64,000 nucleotides of DNA from an uncultured Candidatus Saccharibacteria bacterium (GTDB lineage: Bacteria; Patescibacteriota; Minisyncoccia; Phycocordibacterales; EsbW-18): positions 185,727-249,726 of the forward strand of contig CAYUSN010000001.1 in NCBI GenBank assembly GCA_964447415.1. The letters run 5' to 3'. A program made the translations under genes and the position numbers. The notes below the pieces were generated by a model. It was not told the origin of the DNA. It saw nothing but the letters and a program-made list of their open reading frames with translations, and searched no databases. Numbering within the stretch: the stretch's first letter is position 1; the number at the start of each line of letters is the position of its first letter. Below, piece after piece: positions 31,175-41,386 of the stretch.

Positions 31175-31361
31175 TGCCCTCCGTGGTCGCTTGTGACGGA
31201 TCTCGGTTGCGTCGAAGCTGTGGTTCCCCCGGTCGAAACTCCGTCGGCCGCACGTTGCGCGGGAACGCAGCACCCCCCTCCGCCGTCTCCTTTCAGGGGA
31301 TATAGGCGGATGGCGCGGACGCATCCGACCCTCGCACTCGATGCACGGAGGGTCTTTTTTT
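31175..31361 (+). ncRNA. Candidate structured ncRNA (about 185 nt)
   Basis: TTGATT-17-TACTGT promoter; 5'/3' closing stem CCCTCCGTG/CACGGAGGG; internal helices; T-run end; no credible ORF. Confidence 0.5.
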
Positions 31362-31376
31362 GTGTACTATAGGACT

Positions 31377-32396
31377 ATGCGCATCTTGATTGCCACAGGT
31401 ATTTATCCTCCGCAGGCAGGAGGGCCGTCGTACTACTCAAAGAGTCTCAAAGAAGCCCTTGAAAAACTGGGGCATAAGGTTTCGGTGCGAACCTTTACCG
31501 TTGAACGGCATCTTCCGACGGGGGTACGCCATGTGGTGTATTTTCTTAAAACACTTCCCGCATACTGGTGGGCGGATGCGGCAATTGTGATGGACACCTT
31601 TTCGGTTGCGGTGCCGGTTGCACTCATGAAAAAGTGGTTTGGAGGAAAAATGATTATCCGCACCGGCGGTGATTTTTTATGGGAACAGTTTGTGGAGCGG
31701 ACCGGACAGAAGGTGTTGTTCTCGGAGTTTTACACAGGGCACCGCTACCTTACAAAAAAAGAACAGATGATTCTGCGCCTGACCCGCTGGGCGCTCTCGT
31801 TTGCCGACCACATCGTATTTAACTCGGAATACCAGCGTCGGGTGTGGAAAGAACCGTACAATCTCGCATCCAAACACACCTCGGTCATCGAAAATGCGTT
31901 TAACCCGGAGGTGGGACAGTCGCAGTTGCCGACTGTTAAGAATTTTGTGTGTGTGTCGCGGCGGATAAAACTAAAAAACATCGAGGCGCTTGAAGAGGCG
32001 TTTCGTCAGGCGCAAAAAAAAGCACCCGGCATTCGTTTGGATGTGTACTATGATATTCCGCACAAAGAAGCGATGGAAAAACTGGCTGCATGCTACTGCG
32101 CAGTGCTGGTTTCTTTAAGCGACATTGCTCCGAATTTTGCCCTGGAGGCACTCACGCTCGGCAAGCCGATCATTCTTACCAAAGAAAACGGACTCTCTGA
32201 GCGTATCGGAAACGCAGCGCTGTACGTAAACCCTTTGAATATCGCAGAAATCACGGATGCCATCGTACAGATGGCAAATGACACTATATATGCCACATAT
32301 CTACAGCGTGTGGAGGAGTTTTCGCACGAGCGTTCGTATCAAAATATTGCACGTGAGTTTATCCACGTACTGACGAAAAAAGAGGGGACCGTCTAA
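31377..32396 (+). CDS. Glycosyltransferase family 4
   Basis: MRILIATGIYPP..GGP; D..PN..LEAL..GKP. Confidence 0.88.
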   Translation: MRILIATGIYPPQAGGPSYYSKSLKEALEKLGHKVSVRTFTVERHLPTGVRHVVYFLKTLPAYWWADAAIVMDTFSVAVPVALMKKWFGGKMIIRTGGDFLWEQFVERTGQKVLFSEFYTGHRYLTKKEQMILRLTRWALSFADHIVFNSEYQRRVWKEPYNLASKHTSVIENAFNPEVGQSQLPTVKNFVCVSRRIKLKNIEALEEAFRQAQKKAPGIRLDVYYDIPHKEAMEKLAACYCAVLVSLSDIAPNFALEALTLGKPIILTKENGLSERIGNAALYVNPLNIAEITDAIVQMANDTIYATYLQRVEEFSHERSYQNIAREFIHVLTKKEGTV

Positions 32397-33298
32397 AGAG
32401 ACAAGGTTTTCATCCACTCGTATGTTGCCGCAAGGCCCTGGTCCCACGGCGTTGCCGCTTTCCAACCGAGCAGGTGTTCGGCCTTCGACGCGTCAACATC
32501 TTCCAGGATAGTTTGATTCTTACGTTGTGGAATAAAAGTGATTTCTGAAGATGAACCAGTGAGTGCTTTTATGTCGGTTGCCATCTTAATTGCTGAAACA
32601 CGCTCGGTTGTCGAAAGGTTAAAAATTTGTCCCAAGGAGACTTCTTTGTGTGAGAGTGGAGCTACCGTTCCTTCAACAAGATCGTCAACAAACGTGAGTG
32701 TTCTTTCCTGTTTGCCGTCGCCATGTACGGTGATGGGCTCTTTTTTCATTGCTTGTTTGAAGAACACAAACACCCCGAGCGCTTCGCGCATACCTTCGCC
32801 GTAGATGGTGGCGTATCGCAAAATTGTCCACGGCATACCGTAGTTGAGACCATATCCCCGCACAATCCATTCACCCGCATACTTACTGCACGCATACAAT
32901 TCAGACGGGTTCGGTAGCGTCACGTCTTCTTTTTCCGGGTGGTCTTTAACGTTACCGTAGACACAACACGTTGAGGTGTAGATGAGCCACTTGCCGTGTT
33001 TCGCGCAGGCGTATGCGACGTTGTGGGTGCCGTCGACATTAACCACAGTGCCCTTGAAACTGCCGGTCAAATCAACCATGCGCGTCATGTCAGCCTCCGC
33101 TGCGACATGAAGCACCGCATCGACACCCTCCACGGCTTTTTCCACCGCGTCGCGGTCCAAAAGATCAAAACCATCCAATATGTCAAACCCGACGACCTCA
33201 TGGCCGAGCTCTTTGAGTCGCTGTTCCACTTTGCGGGCGATGAATCCGCGATTACCGGTAAGGAGTATTCTAAGTTTGTCTTTTTTCAAAAAATCCAT
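32393..33298 (-). CDS. NAD-dependent epimerase/dehydratase
   Basis: TGNRGFIA, YACSK, HGDGKQERTLTFVDD. Confidence 0.92.
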   Translation of the reverse strand: MDFLKKDKLRILLTGNRGFIARKVEQRLKELGHEVVGFDILDGFDLLDRDAVEKAVEGVDAVLHVAAEADMTRMVDLTGSFKGTVVNVDGTHNVAYACAKHGKWLIYTSTCCVYGNVKDHPEKEDVTLPNPSELYACSKYAGEWIVRGYGLNYGMPWTILRYATIYGEGMREALGVFVFFKQAMKKEPITVHGDGKQERTLTFVDDLVEGTVAPLSHKEVSLGQIFNLSTTERVSAIKMATDIKALTGSSSEITFIPQRKNQTILEDVDASKAEHLLGWKAATPWDQGLAATYEWMKTLSL

Positions 33299-33414
33299 AT
33301 AAATCGCATCATAATTAAACTTGTATATAAACCACCGTAGAGAGTACCACCACCAATGCACAATGAGAAGAAGCGTAGAGTATACTGGTGGTATCCTTGC
33401 AGTAATACACATGT

Positions 33415-34512
33415 ATGACCTTGAACATTCTTTCTATCGGCTCGGATAAGAACCTGTTAGTACCGGGAAGCGCTGTGCGTGAGCGCATGGCGCTGTACGG
33501 TCAGGCATGTGACGAACTGCACATCATTATTCCCGGACTCGGAGGGACGGAAAAAATTTCCGACAATGTGTTTGTGCATCCGACAGGCACTGTAAATCCG
33601 CTCAAGCGGATGTCCGCTGCAGTTGCCGCAGGAAAAAAAATCGGGAACGTTGATTTGATTACCGCGCAGGATCCGTTTGAATACGGATTTGCGGCGCTGA
33701 AGCTGGGTAGAAAACTCGGTGTTCCGGTGGAGTTGCAGGTGCACACTGATATCAGCAGTCCGTATTTTAAAAAAGATCTCAAAAACAAGACGCGCATGGT
33801 GAATATCAAGAGGCGTCTGGCGCGTGCGGCGAGCGTCCGCGTGGTGTCCGAACGGGTTGCGCATGCGGTTGAGAAACTCGCCGTGCCGCGCGGGCGCATT
33901 TCGGTACTCCCCGTATTTGTGGATGCAAAGAAATTTATTGCTGTGTCACACATACCTTCTGAGAAGGAAAAAATTATTCTCATGGCGGGTCGATTAGAGA
34001 AAGAAAAAGAGTATCCGTCGGCACTCAAGGCGTTTGCCCGTGTGCACGCGCACATTTCTGAGGCGCGTTTGCATATTGCCGGCGACGGAGCGCTCAAAGT
34101 ACCGCTTGTCGCTCAGGCGCGGATGCTCGGAGTTGCCGGCGCGGTCGTGTTTCTCGGCGCGGTGAAAGAAGTGACCACACATTTGGCGCAGGCGCATGTG
34201 TTTTTGCACACGTCGCAATATGAAGGCTTCGGCGCGGTATTGGCGGAGGCGGCGCTCGCGGGTGTGCCGATTGTCTCAACCGACGTCGGTATTGCCGGAA
34301 CACTCTTGAAAGACGGAGAACATGCGCGAGTTGTTCCGGTCGGCGATATTGATACACTGACGGGCGCACTGCTTGAAACAATTACCCGACCACACAAAGC
34401 GCACGAACGGGCGCTTGCCGCGTCTGCGTGGATGCACAAAAATCTGCTGTCGCCGGATGAGTATGTTGCAAAATTGAAATCAATTTGGCAGAAAACTGCG
34501 GAAAAGAAATAG
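33415..34512 (+). CDS. Glycosyltransferase family 4
   Basis: GRLEKEK, YEGFGAVLAEA...PIVSTDVG. Confidence 0.9.
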   Translation: MTLNILSIGSDKNLLVPGSAVRERMALYGQACDELHIIIPGLGGTEKISDNVFVHPTGTVNPLKRMSAAVAAGKKIGNVDLITAQDPFEYGFAALKLGRKLGVPVELQVHTDISSPYFKKDLKNKTRMVNIKRRLARAASVRVVSERVAHAVEKLAVPRGRISVLPVFVDAKKFIAVSHIPSEKEKIILMAGRLEKEKEYPSALKAFARVHAHISEARLHIAGDGALKVPLVAQARMLGVAGAVVFLGAVKEVTTHLAQAHVFLHTSQYEGFGAVLAEAALAGVPIVSTDVGIAGTLLKDGEHARVVPVGDIDTLTGALLETITRPHKAHERALAASAWMHKNLLSPDEYVAKLKSIWQKTAEKK

Positions 34513-34517
34513 GTACG

Positions 34518-34803
34518 CGTCCCGTTAGAGTTCAAAAAGTATGTTTTACGTCTACATAATCAGAAGCAGTACAACGGGTCGTTTGTATACCGGAAGCACA
34601 GGAGACCTACGGAAACGCTTGTATGAGCACAACACTGCGAACAAGCGATCGTGGACAAAAGGTGGCCGTCCGTGGAAAGTCATCTATTATGAAGCATGTT
34701 TAAATGAAGATGACGCGCAGTCGAGAGAAAAATACCTTAAATCTGGACCTGGCAAACGTTTTATCAAAAATCGCATCAAGCGTTTCCTAACTCTAACGGG
34801 ATG
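34518..34803 (+). mobile_element. CCCGTTAGAG-type inverted-repeat element carrying a GIY-YIG nuclease
   Basis: CGTCCCGTTAGAGTT (34518-34532) / AACTCTAACGGGATG (34789-34803). Confidence 0.7.
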
Positions 34804-34804
34804 A
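34541..34804 (+). CDS. Stand-alone GIY-YIG nuclease
   Basis: FYVYII....LYTGST.DL.KRL.EHN...REKYLKSG.G. Confidence 0.92.
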   Translation: MFYVYIIRSSTTGRLYTGSTGDLRKRLYEHNTANKRSWTKGGRPWKVIYYEACLNEDDAQSREKYLKSGPGKRFIKNRIKRFLTLTG

Positions 34805-35847
34805 GGCTTCTTATCATCACACAAGTTGTTGACTCCACGCATCCTATCTTGGGTTTTTTTCATCGGTGGCTTGAAGAATTTGCACAGCATTGCAAAGGGG
34901 TCATTGTGATTTGTCTGTACGAGGGCACGCATGACCTGCCGAAAAACGTGCGGGTGTTGTCGCTCGGAAAGGAGAGCGGTGTGTCGCGGTTGAAATACCT
35001 CAAACGATTTTTTGCGTATATTTGGAACGAGCGAAAAAATTATGATGCGGTGTTTGTCCACATGAATCAAATCTACGTGCTGCTCGGCGGTTTGTTGTGG
35101 CGGCTTTTAGGTAAGCGCGTTGCGCTGTGGTATGCGCACGGCTCCGTTCCTTTTTCACTTCTCCTTTCAATTCCGCTTGTGCATACCGTTTTTACTTCGA
35201 CAAGACACGGATTTCGCGTTGCCACCCGAAAGCGACGGATTGTAGGTCAGGGTATAGACCTCTCGGAGTTCCCATACCATGAACACAACGGCGCCGATGC
35301 ATTTCGTCTCATTACTGTCGGTAGGATTTCTCCGGTAAAGCATCTTGAAATTCTTATTGATGCCGTGGCGCTCATGCACAGCAGGGAAGCGCCATGTGTC
35401 TTTACCATTGTCGGTGATGCCGACGGCGCGCGTGCGCGCGCATACAAATATAAACTTATTGAGCAGGTGCGCGGACGTGATTTAGAGAGTGCGGTGACGT
35501 GGAAGGGCTCACAGCCGCACGACACCATTGCGTCGCTTGTCGGCGCGCACGACGTGTTTTTGCATGCGAGTCGCACGGGAAGTCTGGACAAATCGGTGCT
35601 CGAGGCGCTTGCGGTAGGTACCTTGCCGGTGACCTGCGATGCGACACTTGCACGTGAATTACCTGATGCTTTGAAAGCATTGTGTGTGGTGTCAGGACAC
35701 GATGTGAAATCGTATGTCCGCGCGCTCATGAATATCCGCGCACTCTCTGATTCAGAAAGTGACCGTCTTCGCGCAATGGGCCGTGAATATGTGGCAAAAA
35801 ATCACTCAATTAACCGTCTTGTTCCGCGAATAATGTCTTCTTTGTAG
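34801..35847 (+). CDS. Glycosyltransferase family 4
   Basis: MRLLIITQ.VD..HP.LGFF, GRISPVK, GSLDK.VLEA. Confidence 0.9.
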   Translation: MRLLIITQVVDSTHPILGFFHRWLEEFAQHCKGVIVICLYEGTHDLPKNVRVLSLGKESGVSRLKYLKRFFAYIWNERKNYDAVFVHMNQIYVLLGGLLWRLLGKRVALWYAHGSVPFSLLLSIPLVHTVFTSTRHGFRVATRKRRIVGQGIDLSEFPYHEHNGADAFRLITVGRISPVKHLEILIDAVALMHSREAPCVFTIVGDADGARARAYKYKLIEQVRGRDLESAVTWKGSQPHDTIASLVGAHDVFLHASRTGSLDKSVLEALAVGTLPVTCDATLARELPDALKALCVVSGHDVKSYVRALMNIRALSDSESDRLRAMGREYVAKNHSINRLVPRIMSSL

Positions 35848-35885
35848 TGTAAAAAACGCCGACACGGCGTGGTATAGTGCTCTCT

Positions 35886-36518
35886 ATGGATGCGCAAAAA
35901 TTTGAGAATGCACGCTGGCGTTCAGGAGACCAAAAACGGCAGTTTCGTCATCTCGCATGTGTCGGTTTAATCGACGGCGGAAGTGTGCTTGATGTCGGCT
36001 GTGGTGACGGGCTCCTGCTCTCAATGTTGCGTGAAAAAGGGGTAACCGGCGAAGGTGTCGATTTTTCAGACGAAGCAATTAAAAAGTGCACCGAAAAAAA
36101 TATCAAAGCAACACAGCATGATCTTTCTGAGAGGTTTCCGTTTGCGGACGGCTCATTTGACTGCGTGATTGCGCTTGACGTACTGGAACACCAGTTTAAT
36201 CCGCTTGCGGTTCTTCGTGAAATGACGCGTGTATCACGGAAAAACATTATCGTCGGGGTACCGAATTTTTCATCGCTTCCGGCGCGGCTGCAGATGCTGT
36301 TTGGGGGGGTTCCCGAAAACAACAAGCCAAACAAGGGTCATGTGTACTGGTTTAACTACCATGTATTGAAAAACCTTACCGACCAATCAGGGTTGACGGT
36401 GAAGGCATATCGGGCAAATACATTCAGACCGCTGTCTTTCTTCGGGAACTTTTTCCAGAATACTTTTCCAAACTCCTGCGCGCTGTCATTTGTCGTTCAT
36501 TTTGTTAAAAAAACATGA
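35886..36518 (+). CDS. Class I SAM-dependent methyltransferase (MetW-like)
   Basis: VLDVGCGDG, FD...LDVLEH. Confidence 0.88.
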   Translation: MDAQKFENARWRSGDQKRQFRHLACVGLIDGGSVLDVGCGDGLLLSMLREKGVTGEGVDFSDEAIKKCTEKNIKATQHDLSERFPFADGSFDCVIALDVLEHQFNPLAVLREMTRVSRKNIIVGVPNFSSLPARLQMLFGGVPENNKPNKGHVYWFNYHVLKNLTDQSGLTVKAYRANTFRPLSFFGNFFQNTFPNSCALSFVVHFVKKT

Positions 36519-37120
36519 ACCCGAAACAACTCTCACTATCTATTTTTACCCGCACAGGTTTTCCGAAAGAGAACCCGTTTCCCGGAAAACGCATCCTGCA
36601 CATCGGGTGCGGGCACGATAAACTTCCCGGCGCGGTCGGTATGGACATGCTCTCGCTTCCGGAAGTAGACACCGTACACAACCTTGATATCGTTCCGTGG
36701 CCGCTGAAAGACGCCTCATTTGATGTGATTTTCGGTCATAGTGTGTTGGAGCACGTAACGGACATTGTGGGGTTCATGGATGAGGCGTGGCGCGTGCTTG
36801 CTCCGGGCGGACGGCTTATTGTTGCCGTTCCGTATTTCCGTTCAACGGACAGTTTTACCGACATCACACACAAACATTTTTTCACCTCTGAGTCGATGGA
36901 ATATTTTTTTGAAAACAACTCATCAAAATCAAAATTCGATTACAGCCGGTATAAATGGAAAAAAATAGGTTTTTGGTACGGATGGCCCGCATCTTCAAAA
37001 AATATACTTACACGTCTGTTCAAAAGCTTTATTCAGAGACACCCGTTATGGTATGACCGCACGCTCTCAATTTTTGTTCCGGTGAAGAACCTTGTGTGGG
37101 AAGCGGAGCCGAAGAAGTAA
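36515..37120 (+). CDS. Class I SAM-dependent methyltransferase (type 11)
   Basis: LHIGCG, VLEH, RVLAPGG, D.TH. Confidence 0.85.
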   Translation: MNPKQLSLSIFTRTGFPKENPFPGKRILHIGCGHDKLPGAVGMDMLSLPEVDTVHNLDIVPWPLKDASFDVIFGHSVLEHVTDIVGFMDEAWRVLAPGGRLIVAVPYFRSTDSFTDITHKHFFTSESMEYFFENNSSKSKFDYSRYKWKKIGFWYGWPASSKNILTRLFKSFIQRHPLWYDRTLSIFVPVKNLVWEAEPKK

Positions 37121-38239
37121 ATGGAGAAATACGTACGACATGTCGGGATTATCGTTGAACCCTACGAGACCGCCGAACCGTCGGGGCTTGCGTACGTGAC
37201 CGTCGAATATACCCGCGGACTTGTTGCGCTTAACAGTGACGCGCGGATGACGGTGTACTCAAAACAACCGTTCAACCTTTTTCCTCTTCCTGTGCATGTC
37301 CGCAACGTGATTGTGCCGAAGTCGCTTCTCGGAAAGAACTGGTATTTTTTGAAACGGTATCTGTGTGCGCGGCACGAACTGCCCGATGTGCTGGTATTCA
37401 ACATGCCGCTTCTGCCGTTTTTCCTCCCGAAAGCGCTGAAGACGGTCATTTTTTGTCATGAGGTGCTCTTTGAATCAGATATCTCGAATCTGTTCTCGCG
37501 CGTACGGAATGTGATATGGCGCCTGCTCGCACACCGAACCGTCTCCGCCGCCGCGGTGGTATGCACCGCAACACACGCGACCGCAAAAGAGGTGAGTGAA
37601 ACATACGGCATTCCTGAAGCGAACATCCGCGTTATTCCGCACGGTATCCGCACACTTCCGAAAGACATTGCGTCAAAAAAGGACTTCGGCGTTCCGTACT
37701 TTATATTTACCGGCAGGACGAAATACAAGAAAAATATGCACGGTATCATCGAAGGTTTTCTGCGCTTTAAAGAAAGAACGGGAAGTCCGCACGTGCTGTG
37801 TCTTGCGGGGAGAACGAAAGACACGCCGTATCTCATGCACTGGCTCTCTGAGGCGCAGCGTCGCGGATACGGAGATGTGATTGTGCGAACAGGGTATCTT
37901 CCCGAACCCGAACTGCTTTCTGCTATAAAAGGAGCCGATGCACTGGTATTTTGCAGTTTAGCCGAGGGTTTCGGACTTCCGGTTGCCGAGGCGATGAGTA
38001 TGGGGGTTCCTGTTATTACCTCTACGATTCCCGTGCTCGCAGAGGTCGCCGGTGACGCCGCACTACTCGTTGATCCGAAAGACCCTGACGCAATCGCACG
38101 TGCAATGACGGCGATTGCCGGTGACTCCTCACTTCGCGAGGAACTGTCACGCAAAGGACGTATACAGGCAGCGCAATTTACATGGCTCAACGCGCAGCGT
38201 GGGCTGCAGGATGCGGTAAATAGTGCCTATACGGTATGA
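37121..38239 (+). CDS. Glycosyltransferase family 4
   Basis: KKN, EGFGLPVAEAM..GVPVITS....EVAGDAA. Confidence 0.9.
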   Translation: MEKYVRHVGIIVEPYETAEPSGLAYVTVEYTRGLVALNSDARMTVYSKQPFNLFPLPVHVRNVIVPKSLLGKNWYFLKRYLCARHELPDVLVFNMPLLPFFLPKALKTVIFCHEVLFESDISNLFSRVRNVIWRLLAHRTVSAAAVVCTATHATAKEVSETYGIPEANIRVIPHGIRTLPKDIASKKDFGVPYFIFTGRTKYKKNMHGIIEGFLRFKERTGSPHVLCLAGRTKDTPYLMHWLSEAQRRGYGDVIVRTGYLPEPELLSAIKGADALVFCSLAEGFGLPVAEAMSMGVPVITSTIPVLAEVAGDAALLVDPKDPDAIARAMTAIAGDSSLREELSRKGRIQAAQFTWLNAQRGLQDAVNSAYTV

Positions 38240-39303
38240 CAAAACTCATCTTGTACATCGATCCGAAACTGAAAGATTTGGCGCTTCGCGCGTCTCCGCT
38301 CGTGTATCCTCTCTGGGAGAGACGCGCGTACGATACTGTATCGTTCGGAGGCGCATTCACCCGGCATCCGTTTGACGTTGCACATTATCAAAGCACGGGC
38401 GATCCTGATGCCTGCGACGTGCATTTCTGGCCGTTCAACTACTGGGCGACGCTAAAGAGCGGACACAAAGAAAAAGTAGATGCGGCGTATGCATTTGCCC
38501 GCACGCACGGAAAAAAACTTCTCATTGATGCGTTTGGTGACACGATGGATACGGTTCCATATGAAGACGCTACTGTACTTCGATTTGCGCAGTATCGCCG
38601 TTATCTGAAAGAAAACGACATCATTATTCCGGCATACATCGAGGATTTACTCGAGACATATCGCGAAGGAAGTCTTTCAATACGGAAAAAAAACAAGAAG
38701 CCGTCCGTCGGGTTTGCAGGGTGGGGCCGTCTGCCGTTTTGGAAACATGTGCGCTCGTATATTAAGGAGGCGCCGGTTTTCCTTTGGTCGTTTATTTTCC
38801 GTCGGGACGGCGTGTTTCGCAAAGGAGTGTTTCTCCGCGCGCAGGCGCTTTCAGTACTTTCCCGTTCTTCGCGCGTTGAGACAAATTTTCTTATCCGAAA
38901 ATCATATTCAGGAAACGTGCGAACAGCCGAAAAAAGTACCGAGGAGCTGCGGCGCGAATTTGTGGACAACATAGACCATACCGACTGCACACTCTGCCAG
39001 AAAGGGGACGCCAATCAGTCTACCCGCGTGTTTGAGGTGTTCTCAATGGGGAGGATTCCGTTGATTATCGACACCGAATGCGTATTTCCTCTTGAGAATA
39101 AGATTTCATACAAAGATTTTTGCATATTCGTCAACAATACCGATATTCAAAAAACGGCAGACATCCTTGCCGATACATACGCGCACATAACGGAAGAGCA
39201 GTTTGAGTATATGCAGAGAAAAGCCCGCGAAACGTATGAGAAGTATCTCCGTATCGATTCCTTCACCCCGTTCCTTATGGAGGAAATACGAAGACGGCTC
39301 TAG
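38236..39303 (+). CDS. Exostosin (GT47)-like glycosyltransferase
   Basis: SVGFAG, LC.KG..N.S.R.FE.FSMGRIP. Confidence 0.8.
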   Translation: MTKLILYIDPKLKDLALRASPLVYPLWERRAYDTVSFGGAFTRHPFDVAHYQSTGDPDACDVHFWPFNYWATLKSGHKEKVDAAYAFARTHGKKLLIDAFGDTMDTVPYEDATVLRFAQYRRYLKENDIIIPAYIEDLLETYREGSLSIRKKNKKPSVGFAGWGRLPFWKHVRSYIKEAPVFLWSFIFRRDGVFRKGVFLRAQALSVLSRSSRVETNFLIRKSYSGNVRTAEKSTEELRREFVDNIDHTDCTLCQKGDANQSTRVFEVFSMGRIPLIIDTECVFPLENKISYKDFCIFVNNTDIQKTADILADTYAHITEEQFEYMQRKARETYEKYLRIDSFTPFLMEEIRRRL

Positions 39304-39431
39304 TCCAGCACCTAGTTTGCCGACACCTTTTGTTGTGTTTGTTTCTGCTTAAAAACAAACTACCAGAAACGGTGTCTCTGGAACTTTTGCCAGTTACATA
39401 GTGTAGAAACCTCGGCAAACTAAGTGCTGGA
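39304..39431. repeat. CCAGCACT-family inverted repeat (20-bp arms, 1 mismatch)
   Basis: TCCAGCACCTAGTTTGCCGA / TCGGCAAACTAAGTGCTGGA. Confidence 0.8.
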
Positions 39432-39453
39432 TGAAATGCTATGATGTGCTGGT

Positions 39454-40263
39454 ATGAAAGAAATTTCAGGGGATAGGCCGCTCTCTCGGGTTCAAAAACT
39501 GCGCTATTTGGCTGTTAACTTCGTACGGAATCTGTGTGGCATACGTTTTCCCGGAAAAACTGTTTTTCGGTACTTCACCGTTGGTTCCAAGGCCCCCGAA
39601 AGTCCTGCGCGGGAATACCTTGATGCGTTCATGCGAGAGATGATGCCGTCTGTTCTTCCAACCGGCACAATTTCAGTGTGTGACATCGGATGCGGAACCG
39701 CGTACATGCGCTCAATTCTTTCTGGTGCGGGATATGCGGGAGAATATGTCGGGATTGATATTGTTCGTGAGCCGAAACTCGATGAGAAGTCTGTCCCGTC
39801 ATTTTCAATGACGTTTGTGCAAAACGATATATGTACGTACCGGTCACCGCGCCGGTTTGATCTTGTGCTTTCAAACACATCACTCGAACATATCCCCGAT
39901 GATTTTGCCGCTGTACAGAAGGCTTATGAGTTGTGCGCGGAAAACGGTGTAGAGGTGCATATTGTGCCGAGTCACTGGGCGCTGCCGCTGTATTTGTGGC
40001 ACGGGTACCGGCAATATACGCCGGCGCGTCTGAGGCGGATGTTTTCAGGGACACCACACACCATATATCGGCTCGGCGGTTTTGTGTCATGGTGTGTACA
40101 TTTCTTTTGTATTACCGTACCGGAACGGATATTCGGGGTATCTTCGTTCCGAAGGGGGGCGCTTTACCCAAAAGTAAAGAGGTGGGCAAACAAAGCAGAT
40201 CGTTTTTTGCCATTTTGGTCAGTACTATATGCTGTCGTCGTGTTTCATGGAAATCGCACCTAA
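39454..40263 (+). CDS. Class I SAM-dependent methyltransferase
   Basis: DIGCG, YVGID, FDLV.S...LEHI. Confidence 0.85.
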   Translation: MKEISGDRPLSRVQKLRYLAVNFVRNLCGIRFPGKTVFRYFTVGSKAPESPAREYLDAFMREMMPSVLPTGTISVCDIGCGTAYMRSILSGAGYAGEYVGIDIVREPKLDEKSVPSFSMTFVQNDICTYRSPRRFDLVLSNTSLEHIPDDFAAVQKAYELCAENGVEVHIVPSHWALPLYLWHGYRQYTPARLRRMFSGTPHTIYRLGGFVSWCVHFFCITVPERIFGVSSFRRGALYPKVKRWANKADRFLPFWSVLYAVVVFHGNRT

Positions 40264-41386
40264 AAAAACACACGTGATGTTTGTGCTGCCGAGTCTGCTT
40301 CCCGGCGGTATTGAGAAGCACACGCTGAAATTACTCAGACACTTTAATCGAGAAAAACTTTCTTTTTCACTCGTCACACTTTTTGACCGACCGAACAGAC
40401 CTGATTTGTTTGGTGAGGTGCCGGGTGATGTGGTGGTTTACCGTCTCGCATTTGGAACGGGAATAGATATTTCAGGGTGGGGGAAGCTGTACACGCTCTT
40501 AAAAAAAGAGAGACCGGATATCGTGGTGTCGAGTATGTTCTCCGCCAATACAATTGCTCGACTGCTTAAACCGCTTCTCGGATATCACGTGGTTACACGT
40601 GAACACAATATATACGGCGAAAAAAACATCTTCCAGCGGTTTATTGACATGACGCTTTCACCGCTATCGGACGTTATCGTCGCAGTTTCTTCGTCCGTTG
40701 CAGACTTTTTTTCCAAACAAGCATGGGTAAATCGTAAAAAAATCACCGTGATTCATAACGGGGTGGATATTGAGGCAATTAACGCATTTCTTCAGGAGAA
40801 AGGAGAGAGTGAGATACAGCGTGTGCGTCAGGAACTTGGACTGGAAGCAGAGGAAAAAATAATTCTGAACGTCGCACGTCTGAAGCCGCAAAAAAATCAT
40901 GAGCTGCTTATCGCAGCATTCCAACTGTTTGTGAAAGAAAACCCTTCATATCATCTTGTGATACTTGGTGATGGGGCAGAAAAAGGTCGTCTGCTGCAGC
41001 TGATAGCGGACCGCGGACTGAAAGATGTTGTTCATCTGCTCGGATACCGCGACGACGTGTTCTCGTGGTATGTGGCATCTGATTTTTTTGTGTTGACGTC
41101 AAAACATGAAGGGTTTCCGAATGTGGGGGTGGAGGCGATGGCATTCGGTGTGCCGCTTGTCTCAACGAGCGTACCCGGGGTAGATGAGTTTTTGGATAGC
41201 GGTAAGAACGGACAGCTCGTAAAAGATCAGCCCAAGGAAGTGCTTGCGGGCATGGTGAGCCTCTCCAGTTTGTCGTCTGAAGAGAAACAACAGCATCGCG
41301 ACGCGTGTCGCACGACCGCTATGAGATTCGATATCCGACGTATTACAGAAGAATATGAAAATATTTTTGAACAGATTTCTGAATAG
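40247..41386 (+). CDS. Glycosyltransferase family 4
   Basis: GGIE, ARL.PQKN, EGFPNV.VEAM. Confidence 0.9.
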   Translation: MEIAPKKTHVMFVLPSLLPGGIEKHTLKLLRHFNREKLSFSLVTLFDRPNRPDLFGEVPGDVVVYRLAFGTGIDISGWGKLYTLLKKERPDIVVSSMFSANTIARLLKPLLGYHVVTREHNIYGEKNIFQRFIDMTLSPLSDVIVAVSSSVADFFSKQAWVNRKKITVIHNGVDIEAINAFLQEKGESEIQRVRQELGLEAEEKIILNVARLKPQKNHELLIAAFQLFVKENPSYHLVILGDGAEKGRLLQLIADRGLKDVVHLLGYRDDVFSWYVASDFFVLTSKHEGFPNVGVEAMAFGVPLVSTSVPGVDEFLDSGKNGQLVKDQPKEVLAGMVSLSSLSSEEKQQHRDACRTTAMRFDIRRITEEYENIFEQISE

